From contig JBAWZF010000009.1 in NCBI GenBank assembly GCA_037143175.1, forward strand, positions 1,959 to 65,958: a DNA stretch of 64,000 bases. Reading direction: 5' to 3'. A model generated the notes under the pieces. The model saw nothing but the letters and a program-made list of their open reading frames with translations, did no database searches and was not told where the DNA came from. A program made the position numbers and the translations under genes. The DNA comes from a bacterium. GTDB taxonomy: Bacteria; Verrucomicrobiota; Kiritimatiellia; CAIKKV01; CAITUY01. Positions 1-9,792 of this stretch are shown here, piece after piece. Numbering within the stretch: the first letter of the stretch is position 1; each line of letters opens with the position of its first letter.

Positions 1-23
1 TGCCATCCTGATCATCCCAGAGG

Positions 24-1292
24 CTAGGATTTTTTTAATCGTGCGACAAACATTCCGTTGCAGGGTCCGTCCCACGGCATAAACTGGAGTTTTCCGGTGC
101 AGGGGGTCCCGTTCATGGGATTGATAAATGACTCAAGTTTAAAGTCCGGTGCAGTGGCCAGAAATCGCATGACGATGGCATCATTCTCCTGCGGGGTCAG
201 CGTGCAGGTGGCGTAGACGAGCACGCCTCCCGGCTTTAAGCGGGACGAGCACGCGTTTAGCAAACCGGTCTGGATGGCCGTCAGGTCAGCCACCCGTGCT
301 TCGGTGGTTCGCCATCGGGCGTCCGGATTACGATGCCAGGTCCCGATTCCCGAGCAGGGTGCATCCAACAGAATCCCGTCAAAGCCCCCTTGAGGCGGCG
401 ACTCCTTCAGCCCGTCCCATTGCGCCACGGTGACGGTGCGAATGCCCGTCTCGAGAAGTCTTCGCTCCAAGCTTTCCAGAATAGTTCGGCGGATATCCGT
501 CGCCAGAATGGAGACGGAGGCTCCGGCCAATTCGGCTAAATGGAGAGTTTTCCCCCCGGAACCGGCGCAGGCATCCCACCAGCGTTGGTGGGGCTGCGGG
601 TTACAGATCAGGGTGGTGGCCTGTGATGCTAGATCCTGGATATCAATTTGATCCCGGATGGCGCGGGGCAGGGAGCGCAGATTGATGCCCCGGGGAACGG
701 CAATCGCGGAACGAATCACTGGGTGGGGAGTCGGTTCGGCGTTCAGTTCCTTCAGCGCGGTGAGAACGGAGTCACGGGTTTCCGGCTTGGCCCGCAGCCA
801 GGTGGGGAGTGAATTTTGGAAGGCACTGATAATCCGCTGATCCGGTAGATGGAGCAGGGGAATTGCCCAGCCGGGAACCAGTTGGGCGCAATCCAGTGAA
901 TGACCCGTCCGCTTCCCCAGGGACAGGGCTTTTTCGTCGAGCGTCATCGAGCCCATCGGGCTCAAGGCGGGAGTCGTGATGGCGCAGGTGGCGGCCAGCT
1001 TGGCCATGGCCGGATGGAGTTCTGTTGAGTCCAGTAGATGGGCAAAAATTGCCGCAACCCTGATGTCGGGAGCCACGATATCCAGCCAGCCTTTCCACCG
1101 GAAATAGGAGAACGCGGTTCCGGAAAAAAGGCGCCTGTCCCGTGAGCCGAATTCAGTGTGTTCCCGGTAAAAACGTGACAGCAGTGAGTCGAGTGGCTGC
1201 CCCGCCTGTGCGGCCGCCTGGGCTTGCTCAAGCAAGGCGACCAACACTTCGGATTGGCGGTCATAGATGCGTTCGGAGCGTAATGGATTCAT
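24..1292 (-). CDS. NOL1/NOP2/Sun-family RNA (cytosine-C5)-methyltransferase (RsmB/RsmF-like)
   Basis: 422-aa ORF. SAM-binding motif DACAGSGGKT; catalytic motifs LLDAPCSGIGTWHRNPDARW and YATCTL, typical of m5C RNA methyltransferases. Confidence 0.85.
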   Translation of the reverse strand: MNPLRSERIYDRQSEVLVALLEQAQAAAQAGQPLDSLLSRFYREHTEFGSRDRRLFSGTAFSYFRWKGWLDIVAPDIRVAAIFAHLLDSTELHPAMAKLAATCAITTPALSPMGSMTLDEKALSLGKRTGHSLDCAQLVPGWAIPLLHLPDQRIISAFQNSLPTWLRAKPETRDSVLTALKELNAEPTPHPVIRSAIAVPRGINLRSLPRAIRDQIDIQDLASQATTLICNPQPHQRWWDACAGSGGKTLHLAELAGASVSILATDIRRTILESLERRLLETGIRTVTVAQWDGLKESPPQGGFDGILLDAPCSGIGTWHRNPDARWRTTEARVADLTAIQTGLLNACSSRLKPGGVLVYATCTLTPQENDAIVMRFLATAPDFKLESFINPMNGTPCTGKLQFMPWDGPCNGMFVARLKKS

Positions 1293-1308
1293 GATGATGC
1301 TTCAGGGT

Positions 1309-2682
1309 TTAGCGGGACTGACCCAGTCGGGACAAGAAGAGCCCTGTATAGAGGAAGCCCATCCTGAATTGCTCGAGAGAATAAGATTCATTTGGAGCAT
1401 GAATATTGTCTTCTTCACTTCCGAAACCGACGAGGAGGGCCTCTCCACCAGCGATTTGGGGTAAATAAGACAGGATCGGAACGGAGGCCCCTTCCCAGAG
1501 GAATGCGGTGTGGAGTTCGGATAGCTCTCCTAAAACCTGGCGTGCTATTTTAACAGAAGGGGATGTTAGATTCCCTCGAAAGGCCGGGCCCCCGATTCCC
1601 TGTTCGATGATGGATAAGTTCAAACCGGTCGGGAGATGTTTGTGGAGATGTTCCGTAATCAGTTTCAGAATGCGTTCAGACTCCTGACCGGGAACCAGCC
1701 GTGCTGAAAGTTTCGCCATCGCACTTGCAGGAATGATGGTTTTGCTTCCCACTCCGCCATATCCGGCATGAATCCCATTGATATCAATGGCAGGGCGAAA
1801 ACCGGTGCGCTCAACTGGTGTGAAGTCCTGTTCCCCTGCCACGGGCGGAACTCCGGTTACCGATTGGTACCAGACGGGGTCAAGCGGGTTGGCGTTGGCC
1901 AGTTTCCGCTCTTCGTCTGATGGAGGCTGAATCCAGTCATAAAAACCGTTGATGGCCACCCGGCCATCTTCTGAATGGAGCGAGGCGATTAATTTGCACA
2001 GTCCAATAGCGGGATTAGGCACACGCCCTCCATGAACGCCAGAATGCAGGTCATGATCCGGCCCTGAAACAACAAGGGTCATATGTGCGATCCCTCGAAG
2101 CCCCATCGTAATGGTCGGCGCTCCGGAACTTACGGCGCTGGTATCGGCGGCCATGACGATGTCAGCCTTTAACAATGTGCGTTCTTGAGCCAGAACCTTG
2201 AGCACCTGCATATTGCCGGTCTCTTCATCCCCCTCAATCAGGATTTTGACTGTGCATTGGAGTGCGTTCTTTTGAATGAGGGTCTCAATGGCCTTGAGTG
2301 CGGCAAAGAGCTGCCCTTTATTATCCTGGGCTCCACGAGCATACAGGCGCCCCTTGATCAGGGTGGGCTCGAATGGGGGAGTTTTCCATAATGCAACGGG
2401 GTCTTCCGGTTGGACATCATAGTGGCCATAAAAAAGAACGGTGGGGGAACCGGGCTTGCCTGAACGTTCCGCGAATACCAGAGGGTGGGATGCGGTTGGG
2501 ATCAACCTGGTGTTGAACCCCATGCCCTTCAGATGGGCTATGAGCCAGTCGGCGCACTTTACGCAATCAGGCTGGTGCTTTTCGCTGATGCTAACACTTG
2601 GAAAACGCAGAAATTCCTTCCACTCTTGGATAAAGCGTTCTGAATCTGTGGTGAAGAGGGCGTCCAGTTGGATTTTATTCAT
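1309..2682 (-). CDS. M20-family metallopeptidase/dipeptidase (ArgE/DapE/ACY1/CPG2 family)
   Basis: 457-aa ORF. Motifs YGHYDVQPEDP, ARGAQDNKGQ and IEGDEETG are characteristic of M20 peptidases. Confidence 0.85.
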   Translation of the reverse strand: MNKIQLDALFTTDSERFIQEWKEFLRFPSVSISEKHQPDCVKCADWLIAHLKGMGFNTRLIPTASHPLVFAERSGKPGSPTVLFYGHYDVQPEDPVALWKTPPFEPTLIKGRLYARGAQDNKGQLFAALKAIETLIQKNALQCTVKILIEGDEETGNMQVLKVLAQERTLLKADIVMAADTSAVSSGAPTITMGLRGIAHMTLVVSGPDHDLHSGVHGGRVPNPAIGLCKLIASLHSEDGRVAINGFYDWIQPPSDEERKLANANPLDPVWYQSVTGVPPVAGEQDFTPVERTGFRPAIDINGIHAGYGGVGSKTIIPASAMAKLSARLVPGQESERILKLITEHLHKHLPTGLNLSIIEQGIGGPAFRGNLTSPSVKIARQVLGELSELHTAFLWEGASVPILSYLPQIAGGEALLVGFGSEEDNIHAPNESYSLEQFRMGFLYTGLFLSRLGQSR

Positions 2683-2691
2683 GGTGTAATG

Positions 2692-4008
2692 TTATAGCAG
2701 GTTGGCCGCGATGGCAGCCAGGGTGCTGCGCTCGCTTTTGGTAAGGGTCACATGGCCATGAATTGCCTGGGTTTTCATCCGCTCCACGGCGTAGGCCAAG
2801 CCGTTACTACTTGCGTCCAGATAGGGGTTGTCAATCTGGTAGGGGTCGCCGGTCAGGATCATTTTAGTGCCTTCACCAGCACGACTGATGATCGTTTTGA
2901 TCTCATGCGGGGTGAGGTTCTGGGCCTCATCCACAATCACGAACTGGCGGGGAATAGAGCGCCCGCGGATATACGTCAGGGCCTCAAGCTCAATGATTTC
3001 ATCTCGCATCAGCTTGTCAATTCGATCGCGAACGGTGTTCTTGTGTTGCTCATTGGTACCACTTTTGAGCATGAGATAGGTGAGGTTGTCAAAAATAGGC
3101 ATCATCCAGTTGGCAAGTTTCTCCTCCTTATGCCCGGGCAGATATCCGATATCTTTGCCAAAAGGCATAATAGGGCGCGTCACAAGAATCCGGTCATAAC
3201 GTTTCTGGTTCAGTGTTTTTTCGAGGCCAGCTGCGAGAGCCAGGAGCGTTTTTCCGGTTCCAGCTTTGCCCACCAGCGTGACAAGATGAACGGAGTCGTC
3301 CATCAGGAGTTCCAACGCCATGCGCTGTTCGCGGCTACGGGGCTTGATATGGAAGACGCTCTCGATTTTGGAGTTCATCGGAATAATCGTTCCGTTTCCG
3401 CCAGCCCGGCCCAAGGCGGTCAGATGCTCTGTACCTTCGGAAATAAGATTAACGAACTCATTGGGGAGCAGATTGAGATCGGGAATTTCCACGCTATGGT
3501 TGGCATAGAATTCATCAATAACCTGGGCTTTGACGGTCACTTCCCGATAGCCGGCGAAAAGTTCTTCAAAATTAATCTTTTCCTTTTCAAAGTCCATTAC
3601 CTCAATGCCGAGTGCATCCGCCTTGATGCGGGCGTTTATGTCCTTGGATACGAAGTAGACACGTTCGCCCTGCTTGTGTAGCCAGTAGGCGACGCGGATG
3701 ATTTTATTGTCCGGGACTTCATCCTCCAGGCCGGAATCTTTTGCTGGGCTGGGGGAGACCATGATTTTGAGGATACCGCCGTTTTCCATCCGAACACCTT
3801 CCCCCAGGCGGCCTCGTTCGCGGAGTGCATCAAGTCGGCGAATAACGCCGCGCGCATTACGCCCGAGTTCATTGGTTTCCTTTTTGAATTTATCGAGCTC
3901 CTCGATCACCGGCATCGGCAGGATGACGGTGTTATCGGCGAAAGATTCAATACAGGTGTGATTGTGGAGCAAAACGTTGGTATCCAGAACAAATGTTTTA
4001 TCACTCAT
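2692..4008 (-). CDS. PhoH2-type protein: N-terminal PIN domain fused to PhoH-like ATPase
   Basis: PIN-like N-terminus FVLDTNVLL...PVIEELD. Walker A GKAGTGKT and Walker B-like FVIVDEAQN. Start moved to MSDKTF (ATG at 4008) rather than the ORF-track start at 4083. Confidence 0.85.
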   Translation of the reverse strand: MSDKTFVLDTNVLLHNHTCIESFADNTVILPMPVIEELDKFKKETNELGRNARGVIRRLDALRERGRLGEGVRMENGGILKIMVSPSPAKDSGLEDEVPDNKIIRVAYWLHKQGERVYFVSKDINARIKADALGIEVMDFEKEKINFEELFAGYREVTVKAQVIDEFYANHSVEIPDLNLLPNEFVNLISEGTEHLTALGRAGGNGTIIPMNSKIESVFHIKPRSREQRMALELLMDDSVHLVTLVGKAGTGKTLLALAAGLEKTLNQKRYDRILVTRPIMPFGKDIGYLPGHKEEKLANWMMPIFDNLTYLMLKSGTNEQHKNTVRDRIDKLMRDEIIELEALTYIRGRSIPRQFVIVDEAQNLTPHEIKTIISRAGEGTKMILTGDPYQIDNPYLDASSNGLAYAVERMKTQAIHGHVTLTKSERSTLAAIAANLL

Positions 4009-4112
4009 AATTAATGTGCGATCTCCTTTGTAAGCCATGAACCTCTGAAATACTATTGTCATGATGAAGGTAGGACTTGGCAAGCAATTCCTCTTGCGAG
4101 TAGAGTCTGTTT

Positions 4113-4982
4113 ATGCAGAAGAAAATTTTCATCATACTGGTGCAGACTTTGTTTCTTGGGAGTTTATGCGGGGCTGGGGAAAAAGAGCACATGCGAACAA
4201 TTGTGGCAACTTTCTATCCGATTCGCCTGGCCCTTATGAATATCGTTTCCGGGGTAGAGGGGATCCGGGTTATTGCGTTGGCAGATTCAGCGACGGGCTG
4301 TTTGCATGATTATCAGTTGACGACACGTGATATGGCTACACTTTCAACGGCTGAGGTATTGGTTGTGAACGGGGCAGGTTTGGAAGCATTTCTTGAAAAC
4401 TGTGGGAGTAGAAGACCGGGACTGAAGATCATTGACGCAAGCGCGGGAATCAATTTGCTTGTGTCAGGAGGGGGCACAAATGCTCATATATGGGTCAGCC
4501 CGAGCCGGCATATCATGCAAATTCAACGGATTGCTGATGGGCTTGCCGGATGGGATCCCGTGCATGCAGATCTGTATCAGAAAAATGCCTCTGCCTATAT
4601 TGCCCGATTGGAGGCCTTGAAAAGGAAAATGGATTTGAAATTGCAACAGATTCGGAGCCGGGAAATCATCACTTTTCATGAAGCTTTTCCGTATTTTGCA
4701 GATGAATTCAAGCTCAAGGTGGTCGGAGTAATTGAGCGCGAACCAGGTTCTGCCCCTTCCGCTGCTGAGATGGCGTCTCTTATCCAGTTGGTTCGGACGA
4801 CTGGAGTAAAGACTCTTTTTGTTGAACCTCAGTATCCAGCGAAAGTGGCGACAGCGATTTCCCGAGAGACGGGGGCGGGACTCTTCACATTGGATCCTGT
4901 CGTATCAGGTCCGAATTCCACTAATGCTTATATCACCATTATGGAACGGAATCTGGTGGAGCTTGAGCGGGGGCTTCGCTGA
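4113..4982 (+). CDS. Metal (Zn/Mn/Fe) ABC-transporter substrate-binding lipoprotein, ZnuA/TroA/MntC cluster
   Basis: 289-aa ORF. Signal peptide with lipobox-like LGSLC. Family resemblance includes TFYPI..., HDYQLT, NAHIWVSP and FHEAFPYFA. No His-rich loop, and no partner permease or ATPase in the window. Confidence 0.8.
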   Translation: MQKKIFIILVQTLFLGSLCGAGEKEHMRTIVATFYPIRLALMNIVSGVEGIRVIALADSATGCLHDYQLTTRDMATLSTAEVLVVNGAGLEAFLENCGSRRPGLKIIDASAGINLLVSGGGTNAHIWVSPSRHIMQIQRIADGLAGWDPVHADLYQKNASAYIARLEALKRKMDLKLQQIRSREIITFHEAFPYFADEFKLKVVGVIEREPGSAPSAAEMASLIQLVRTTGVKTLFVEPQYPAKVATAISRETGAGLFTLDPVVSGPNSTNAYITIMERNLVELERGLR

Positions 4983-5081
4983 TATTTCTGTATGGAAAGG
5001 ATGAGGTAAAGTGTAGGATTCGCGACGAATTGATGGGATAAATAAGAACCCATGCAGCCACTCAAGAAAGTGTAAGTCGAC

Positions 5082-8000
5082 GTGAATAATTTTTTCGTTG
5101 ATCATCTTGATTTCGTTTATCTCCTTTACGGACTGATATTTTTTCTCCTCGCCTTGACGGTCGGCTCTATGGTGAAAAGACGCGGGAACAGTGCGGATTG
5201 GCGCTATTTGTGTGCTTTTGGCGTTTTGCATGGGCTCAATGAATGGTTGAATATGCTGGTCCCGGCAATGGGGGCGAAGCACTGGTTCAGTATTCTTCAT
5301 GGGCTGATTTTGACCGGATCCTTTTTCTGTCTCTTTGAGTTTGGCCGGCGAAGTGTTGTTTGGAACCGGAAGTGGAAAGCAGGGGTTTGGATTTATTACC
5401 CCGGACTTCTGGTAATCCTGCTGGGTGTGAAAGTGGATCCAAGCGACTTCACCGCGTTAATTCGTGTAAATTTAGGTTTCCCCGCCGGGATTTTGGCTGC
5501 GCTGGCGTTATGGCAGGGTGGAATGATGCCTGGTGATGAACTGCGGCGAAGCCCTAATTTTGTTGGGCCATGGGCTTTATGCCTTTACGCTGTGATTACA
5601 GGATTGATTCTGCCGTCAGCCCACTTCTGGCCGGCAAACCATTTTAATGAACAGTGGTTCCTGGCCAATACCGGCATTCCTGTCCAGGTATTCCGATGTC
5701 TTCTTGCCGGAGCGTTGACGCTGATCCTTTGGTATGACTATGACAACTGGAAAGCCCGTACTTATCCTTCCGAGTTTGCCCGGCGTATCCGGTATGTGCA
5801 TTGGATTGCGTGTATAGCGGTAATGATTGTTGTCTGTGCAGGTTGGTTCTTAGTTGAACGTGCTGAGCAACAGTGTCGCTCGGAGCATGAGCGACGTCTG
5901 ATGAGTATATCGCGAGGCATGGCGGCAGTCATGAATGCACGGGAAGTTATGGAGTTGAAGGGTAATAAAGATGACCTGGAAGCGCCGTCATATCTTGATT
6001 TAAAACGGCAATGTCAGCGGATTTGTGAAGCCGATGCCTTTATTCGTTATGTGTATTTGCTGGCGGTTCGGGAAGGTAAAGTAGTGTTTCTGTTGGATAG
6101 CGAGCCCGGACGATTTAGCACAGAGTCGGATAAGGCCCTTGCCGCCCCGGGTGAGGTGTATGAGAGCCCACCTGCGGAAATTATGGGGGTTTTCCACACT
6201 CGAGTGCCTGTTGTTTCTAAACTTTATTCTGATGCATGGGGCATGTTTGTATCGGGGTATGCCCCGATTCTGGATGCTGCAGGAAACGTGGTCGCGTTAC
6301 TGGGAATCGATGAACCTGGGGAACAATGGCTTTCGGATATCGCTTTTGCGCGCATGTTACGTTTGTTTTTGACTGGTGGTGGCCTTCTCTTGCTGCTGTT
6401 GTTTACAGTTTTATGGCGACGTGAAATTGAGGAATCCCAGATTAAAAATGCGGTTGGACGGCGTATGCAGCAGCATCAATCCGCCTTGCTCAAAATTGCC
6501 AATTCCTCTTTTGTAGCCGATGGTAACATTTACATGATGGCCCGTGCGGTCACCTGCGTGACGGCGGAGGTCATTAATGTCGAGCGAGTGGAATTTTGGT
6601 TGAAGATGAAAAATGACGAGAAATTTCGTTCTGAGGATGTTTATCAAACTGGTACGGCAACTCATACATCAGGGCGGATTTCCTGTGTTGCTGAAGGAGA
6701 CTCTTATCTGAAACTCCTGGAAGAAGGGCGTGCTGTTCTCTCTTCAAATTTTCAGAACGATGATCGATTCGACGTTATCAGAGAGGAGTTGGGGGGAGAT
6801 GCCAGGGCTGTGCTTGTTGCCCCGCTGCGCGTGTCCGGTAAGTTGTCCGGCTGGCTGACAGCCATTCAGACCAGCAAATGTCGGAACTGGCTGACTGACG
6901 AAATGCGTTTTGTCGCCGAGATGGCAGATCAGGTCACGCATACCCTGATAAATAATGAACGCAGGTTGGCGGAGGAGGCGCTACTGAAAGCGCATGGTGA
7001 GCTAGAGATGAGGATTCAGGCACGGACAGAGGCATTATCGCTGAAAAATGAAGAGCTTTCACGGGAGATAAATGAACGGCTTCGGATCGAGGATGAAAAA
7101 CGGAGCCTGCAGGCCAAGATGCAGCAGGCCCAGAAACTCGAAAGTCTCGGGCTCATGGCTGGTGGCATCGCACATGATTTCAATAATATTCTGATGGCGG
7201 TTCTAGGGAATGTTGAACTGGCTCGTTTGGAGACGCCGGCGGGGTCTCCTATTTATGATTATTTGCAGGACATTGATAAGGCCTCGTGTCGTGCCGCTGA
7301 ACTTGCCAGACAGATGCTCATCTATTCTGGCCGTGGTCATGCCAGTATTCAGGGAATAAATTTGAACGATATGGTGAGCGATATGACCAGCATGCTGAAA
7401 GTGTCACTCGGGAAAAAAGTTCAACTTGCATATGAGCTCGAACCAAATCTTCCCCTGGTGGATGGCGATCTGACGCAATTGAGGCAGGTCCTTATGAATC
7501 TTGTGATTAATGCCTCCGAGGCCATCGGGAATGAAAATGGATTAATTAGCCTGAAAACGGGTGTCATTCAATGTGACCATGTCATGTTTTCGTCGATGTG
7601 GTTAAAAGACGATCTGCCGGTAGGAAAGTATGTATTTGTTGACGTCATTGATTCCGGTTGCGGTATGGATGAGCCCACTGCTAAACGTATCTTTGATCCT
7701 TTCTTCACAACTAAATTTACCGGACGAGGATTGGGCTTGGCGGCAGTGCTTGGTATTATCAAGGGCCATCATGGCACAATAGATGTTGTCAGTCAGGTGG
7801 GGAAAGGGACGAGGTTCAGGGTTCTTCTTCCGATGGGTTGTAAGGAATCTGATAAAGTTATTCTGGCCCCTGATGCGGACAAGGCGGCTTGGCAAGGATC
7901 TGGAGTCATTCTCCTGGCAGATGATGAGGAAACGGTCCGGACTTTAGGGCGCAGAATGTTGGAGCGGATTGGATTTACTGTTCTTGAAGCCTCTGATGGT

Positions 8001-8261
8001 AATGAGGCGATAGATGTGTTTAAGAAGGAGCATGCGCGCATTCTTTGTGTATTGCTGGATTTGACTATGCCTAACATGGATGGAAAAGAGGCTTTGGATA
8101 TGCTGCGTGAAATTGACCCTGTGATGAAAATTATTTTATGTAGCGGATATATGGTGGATAATATCGTGGAAAGTTTTCCTGATTGGAACGTTTCCGGGTA
8201 TCTTCAAAAGCCATATAAACTTGATGCACTGGTATCCGTGTTGCAAAATGTTCTTAATTAA
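5082..8261 (+). CDS. Hybrid sensor histidine kinase/response regulator with a large polytopic N-terminal membrane domain
   Basis: 1059-aa ORF (GTG start). Multiple hydrophobic helices in the first ~270 aa. An extracytoplasmic-looking segment precedes a further TM (LRLFLTGGGLLLLLLFTVLW). GAF-like region and coiled coil follow. H-box GGIAHDFNNIL; ATPase boxes NLVINASEAI, DSGCGMD, GRGLGLAAV. C-terminal receiver (LLADDEE...LLDLTMPNMDG...KP). Confidence 0.9.
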   Translation: MNNFFVDHLDFVYLLYGLIFFLLALTVGSMVKRRGNSADWRYLCAFGVLHGLNEWLNMLVPAMGAKHWFSILHGLILTGSFFCLFEFGRRSVVWNRKWKAGVWIYYPGLLVILLGVKVDPSDFTALIRVNLGFPAGILAALALWQGGMMPGDELRRSPNFVGPWALCLYAVITGLILPSAHFWPANHFNEQWFLANTGIPVQVFRCLLAGALTLILWYDYDNWKARTYPSEFARRIRYVHWIACIAVMIVVCAGWFLVERAEQQCRSEHERRLMSISRGMAAVMNAREVMELKGNKDDLEAPSYLDLKRQCQRICEADAFIRYVYLLAVREGKVVFLLDSEPGRFSTESDKALAAPGEVYESPPAEIMGVFHTRVPVVSKLYSDAWGMFVSGYAPILDAAGNVVALLGIDEPGEQWLSDIAFARMLRLFLTGGGLLLLLLFTVLWRREIEESQIKNAVGRRMQQHQSALLKIANSSFVADGNIYMMARAVTCVTAEVINVERVEFWLKMKNDEKFRSEDVYQTGTATHTSGRISCVAEGDSYLKLLEEGRAVLSSNFQNDDRFDVIREELGGDARAVLVAPLRVSGKLSGWLTAIQTSKCRNWLTDEMRFVAEMADQVTHTLINNERRLAEEALLKAHGELEMRIQARTEALSLKNEELSREINERLRIEDEKRSLQAKMQQAQKLESLGLMAGGIAHDFNNILMAVLGNVELARLETPAGSPIYDYLQDIDKASCRAAELARQMLIYSGRGHASIQGINLNDMVSDMTSMLKVSLGKKVQLAYELEPNLPLVDGDLTQLRQVLMNLVINASEAIGNENGLISLKTGVIQCDHVMFSSMWLKDDLPVGKYVFVDVIDSGCGMDEPTAKRIFDPFFTTKFTGRGLGLAAVLGIIKGHHGTIDVVSQVGKGTRFRVLLPMGCKESDKVILAPDADKAAWQGSGVILLADDEETVRTLGRRMLERIGFTVLEASDGNEAIDVFKKEHARILCVLLDLTMPNMDGKEALDMLREIDPVMKIILCSGYMVDNIVESFPDWNVSGYLQKPYKLDALVSVLQNVLN

Positions 8262-8287
8262 TGATTTTTGCGTGGTTTTAACGCCCC

Positions 8288-9283
8288 TTGAGAGGAAGTG
8301 TTGTTGTGGAAGTTCAGGACTGGATCTCGATTGTCAGAGCTATGGATGAGGATAAGGCCATAGATGATGTGACCGCTGTGGCCGTGCTGCAGGCGGACGC
8401 GGATGACCTTCCCCGCCTGATGGATGCGGCAACCCGGGTGCGGGCACGTTATTTCGGGAAGTACGTTAATTTATGTTCGATTCTTAATGCTCGTAGCGGA
8501 GCCTGCAGTGAAAATTGCTCCTATTGTGCGCAATCGTCCCATCATAAAACAAAAGTGGAGATTTACGCGTTGAAAGACGCCGGGAAAATCGGGGCGGCGT
8601 ATCAGTCGGCAGGGCAAACCCCGATACGTCGTTATGGGGTTGTGACCAGTGGTGACGCTCTGAGTGAGGCTGAGTTGGATGAGGTGTGTAGGGCCATACG
8701 GGCGAATTCAGCACACCCCGTCTTATGGTGTGCATCGCTGGGAGGTTTGACACAGCAACAATTAGCACGCCTGAAGGCGGCGGGCATGCGACGGTATCAT
8801 CATAACCTTGAAACCGCTCCCAGTTTTTTCAATACAATCTGTACCACACATACATTTGAAGATCGCTTGAGAACCTTGCGTTTGGCCCGCTCTGTGGGTT
8901 TGGAACTTTGTAGTGGCGGATTGATGGGGATGGGTGAAACGCTTGAGCAGCGCGTCGAGTTTGCGCGTATTCTTGCCAACGAGCAGGTCGATTCTATTCC
9001 ATTGAATTTTTTGGTACCGATTCCCGGTACTCCTCTCGAAAATCAGGAACCCATGTCTCCGCTTGAAATACTCAAAATGGTGATCATGGTACGGCTGATG
9101 GTCCTAAAGGCGGATGTACGGGTTTGTGGCGGACGCGGGCATTTACGTGATCTCCAGAGCCTGCTGTTTTTTGCCGGCGCAACCTCGATCATGGTTGGAC
9201 CATTATTGACGGTGCCAGGCCGTGAGGTGAAGCATGATGTACAGATGATTACTGATCTTGGCCTCGAAATTGAACAAAATTGA
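8288..9283 (+). CDS. bioB: Biotin synthase (radical SAM)
   Basis: Radical-SAM cluster motif CSENCSYCAQ; YHHNLET and GGLMGMGET motifs. The exact start is uncertain (TTG at 8288, or an internal GTG/ATG). Confidence 0.9.
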   Translation: MRGSVVVEVQDWISIVRAMDEDKAIDDVTAVAVLQADADDLPRLMDAATRVRARYFGKYVNLCSILNARSGACSENCSYCAQSSHHKTKVEIYALKDAGKIGAAYQSAGQTPIRRYGVVTSGDALSEAELDEVCRAIRANSAHPVLWCASLGGLTQQQLARLKAAGMRRYHHNLETAPSFFNTICTTHTFEDRLRTLRLARSVGLELCSGGLMGMGETLEQRVEFARILANEQVDSIPLNFLVPIPGTPLENQEPMSPLEILKMVIMVRLMVLKADVRVCGGRGHLRDLQSLLFFAGATSIMVGPLLTVPGREVKHDVQMITDLGLEIEQN

Positions 9284-9336
9284 ATTGTGTGGATTTCAAA
9301 AGATTAAAGTGGTAGGGATAATGGAATCAGGAGGAG

Positions 9337-9777
9337 ATGACCATGGCTAAAGATAAGGAAATCCACGATCCGAACGATATTCGCGATTCTGATATCGTTT
9401 TTGATTGTCCCTTTTGCGGTAAAAGTCTTGCCATTGACTGCCGTGGCGCAGGTTTGACAATTGCCTGTCCTGATTGTAGCAACAAAATCGAAATCCCCAT
9501 TCCTGAAGGCATGGAGGTCTCCGACATCGATAGTTCGGATGCCGACAAGGCTGTTCGCATCATACATATGCGCGAAGTGATCTCCGATTCACAGCAGCGT
9601 ATTATGGAATTGGAAGAGGAAGTGAAAGATGTCACTTTACGCCGGGATGCCTTAGAAGCCAATCGCACTGAGAACGCCTTGCGTTTTGAAGTCATTGAGC
9701 GGGAGGTGGCGAATATTCAGCGTTCCCTTCTGCGCATCAATGAAGTGTTGAACAGTGCTATTGGCACAGGCTCTTAA
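9337..9777 (+). CDS. Hypothetical zinc-ribbon plus coiled-coil protein
   Basis: 146-aa ORF preceded by AGGAGG. Two CxxC pairs (CPFCGK...CPDC), then a heptad-like acidic helix (QQRIMELEEEVKDV...). No family recognised. Confidence 0.6.
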   Translation: MTMAKDKEIHDPNDIRDSDIVFDCPFCGKSLAIDCRGAGLTIACPDCSNKIEIPIPEGMEVSDIDSSDADKAVRIIHMREVISDSQQRIMELEEEVKDVTLRRDALEANRTENALRFEVIEREVANIQRSLLRINEVLNSAIGTGS

Positions 9778-9792
9778 TCTGCGGAGCTGGCC

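Noticed and set aside
2752-3681. 309-aa ORF on the plus strand
   Set aside because: It lies entirely antisense to the well-supported PhoH2 gene and has no motifs, so it is a shadow ORF.
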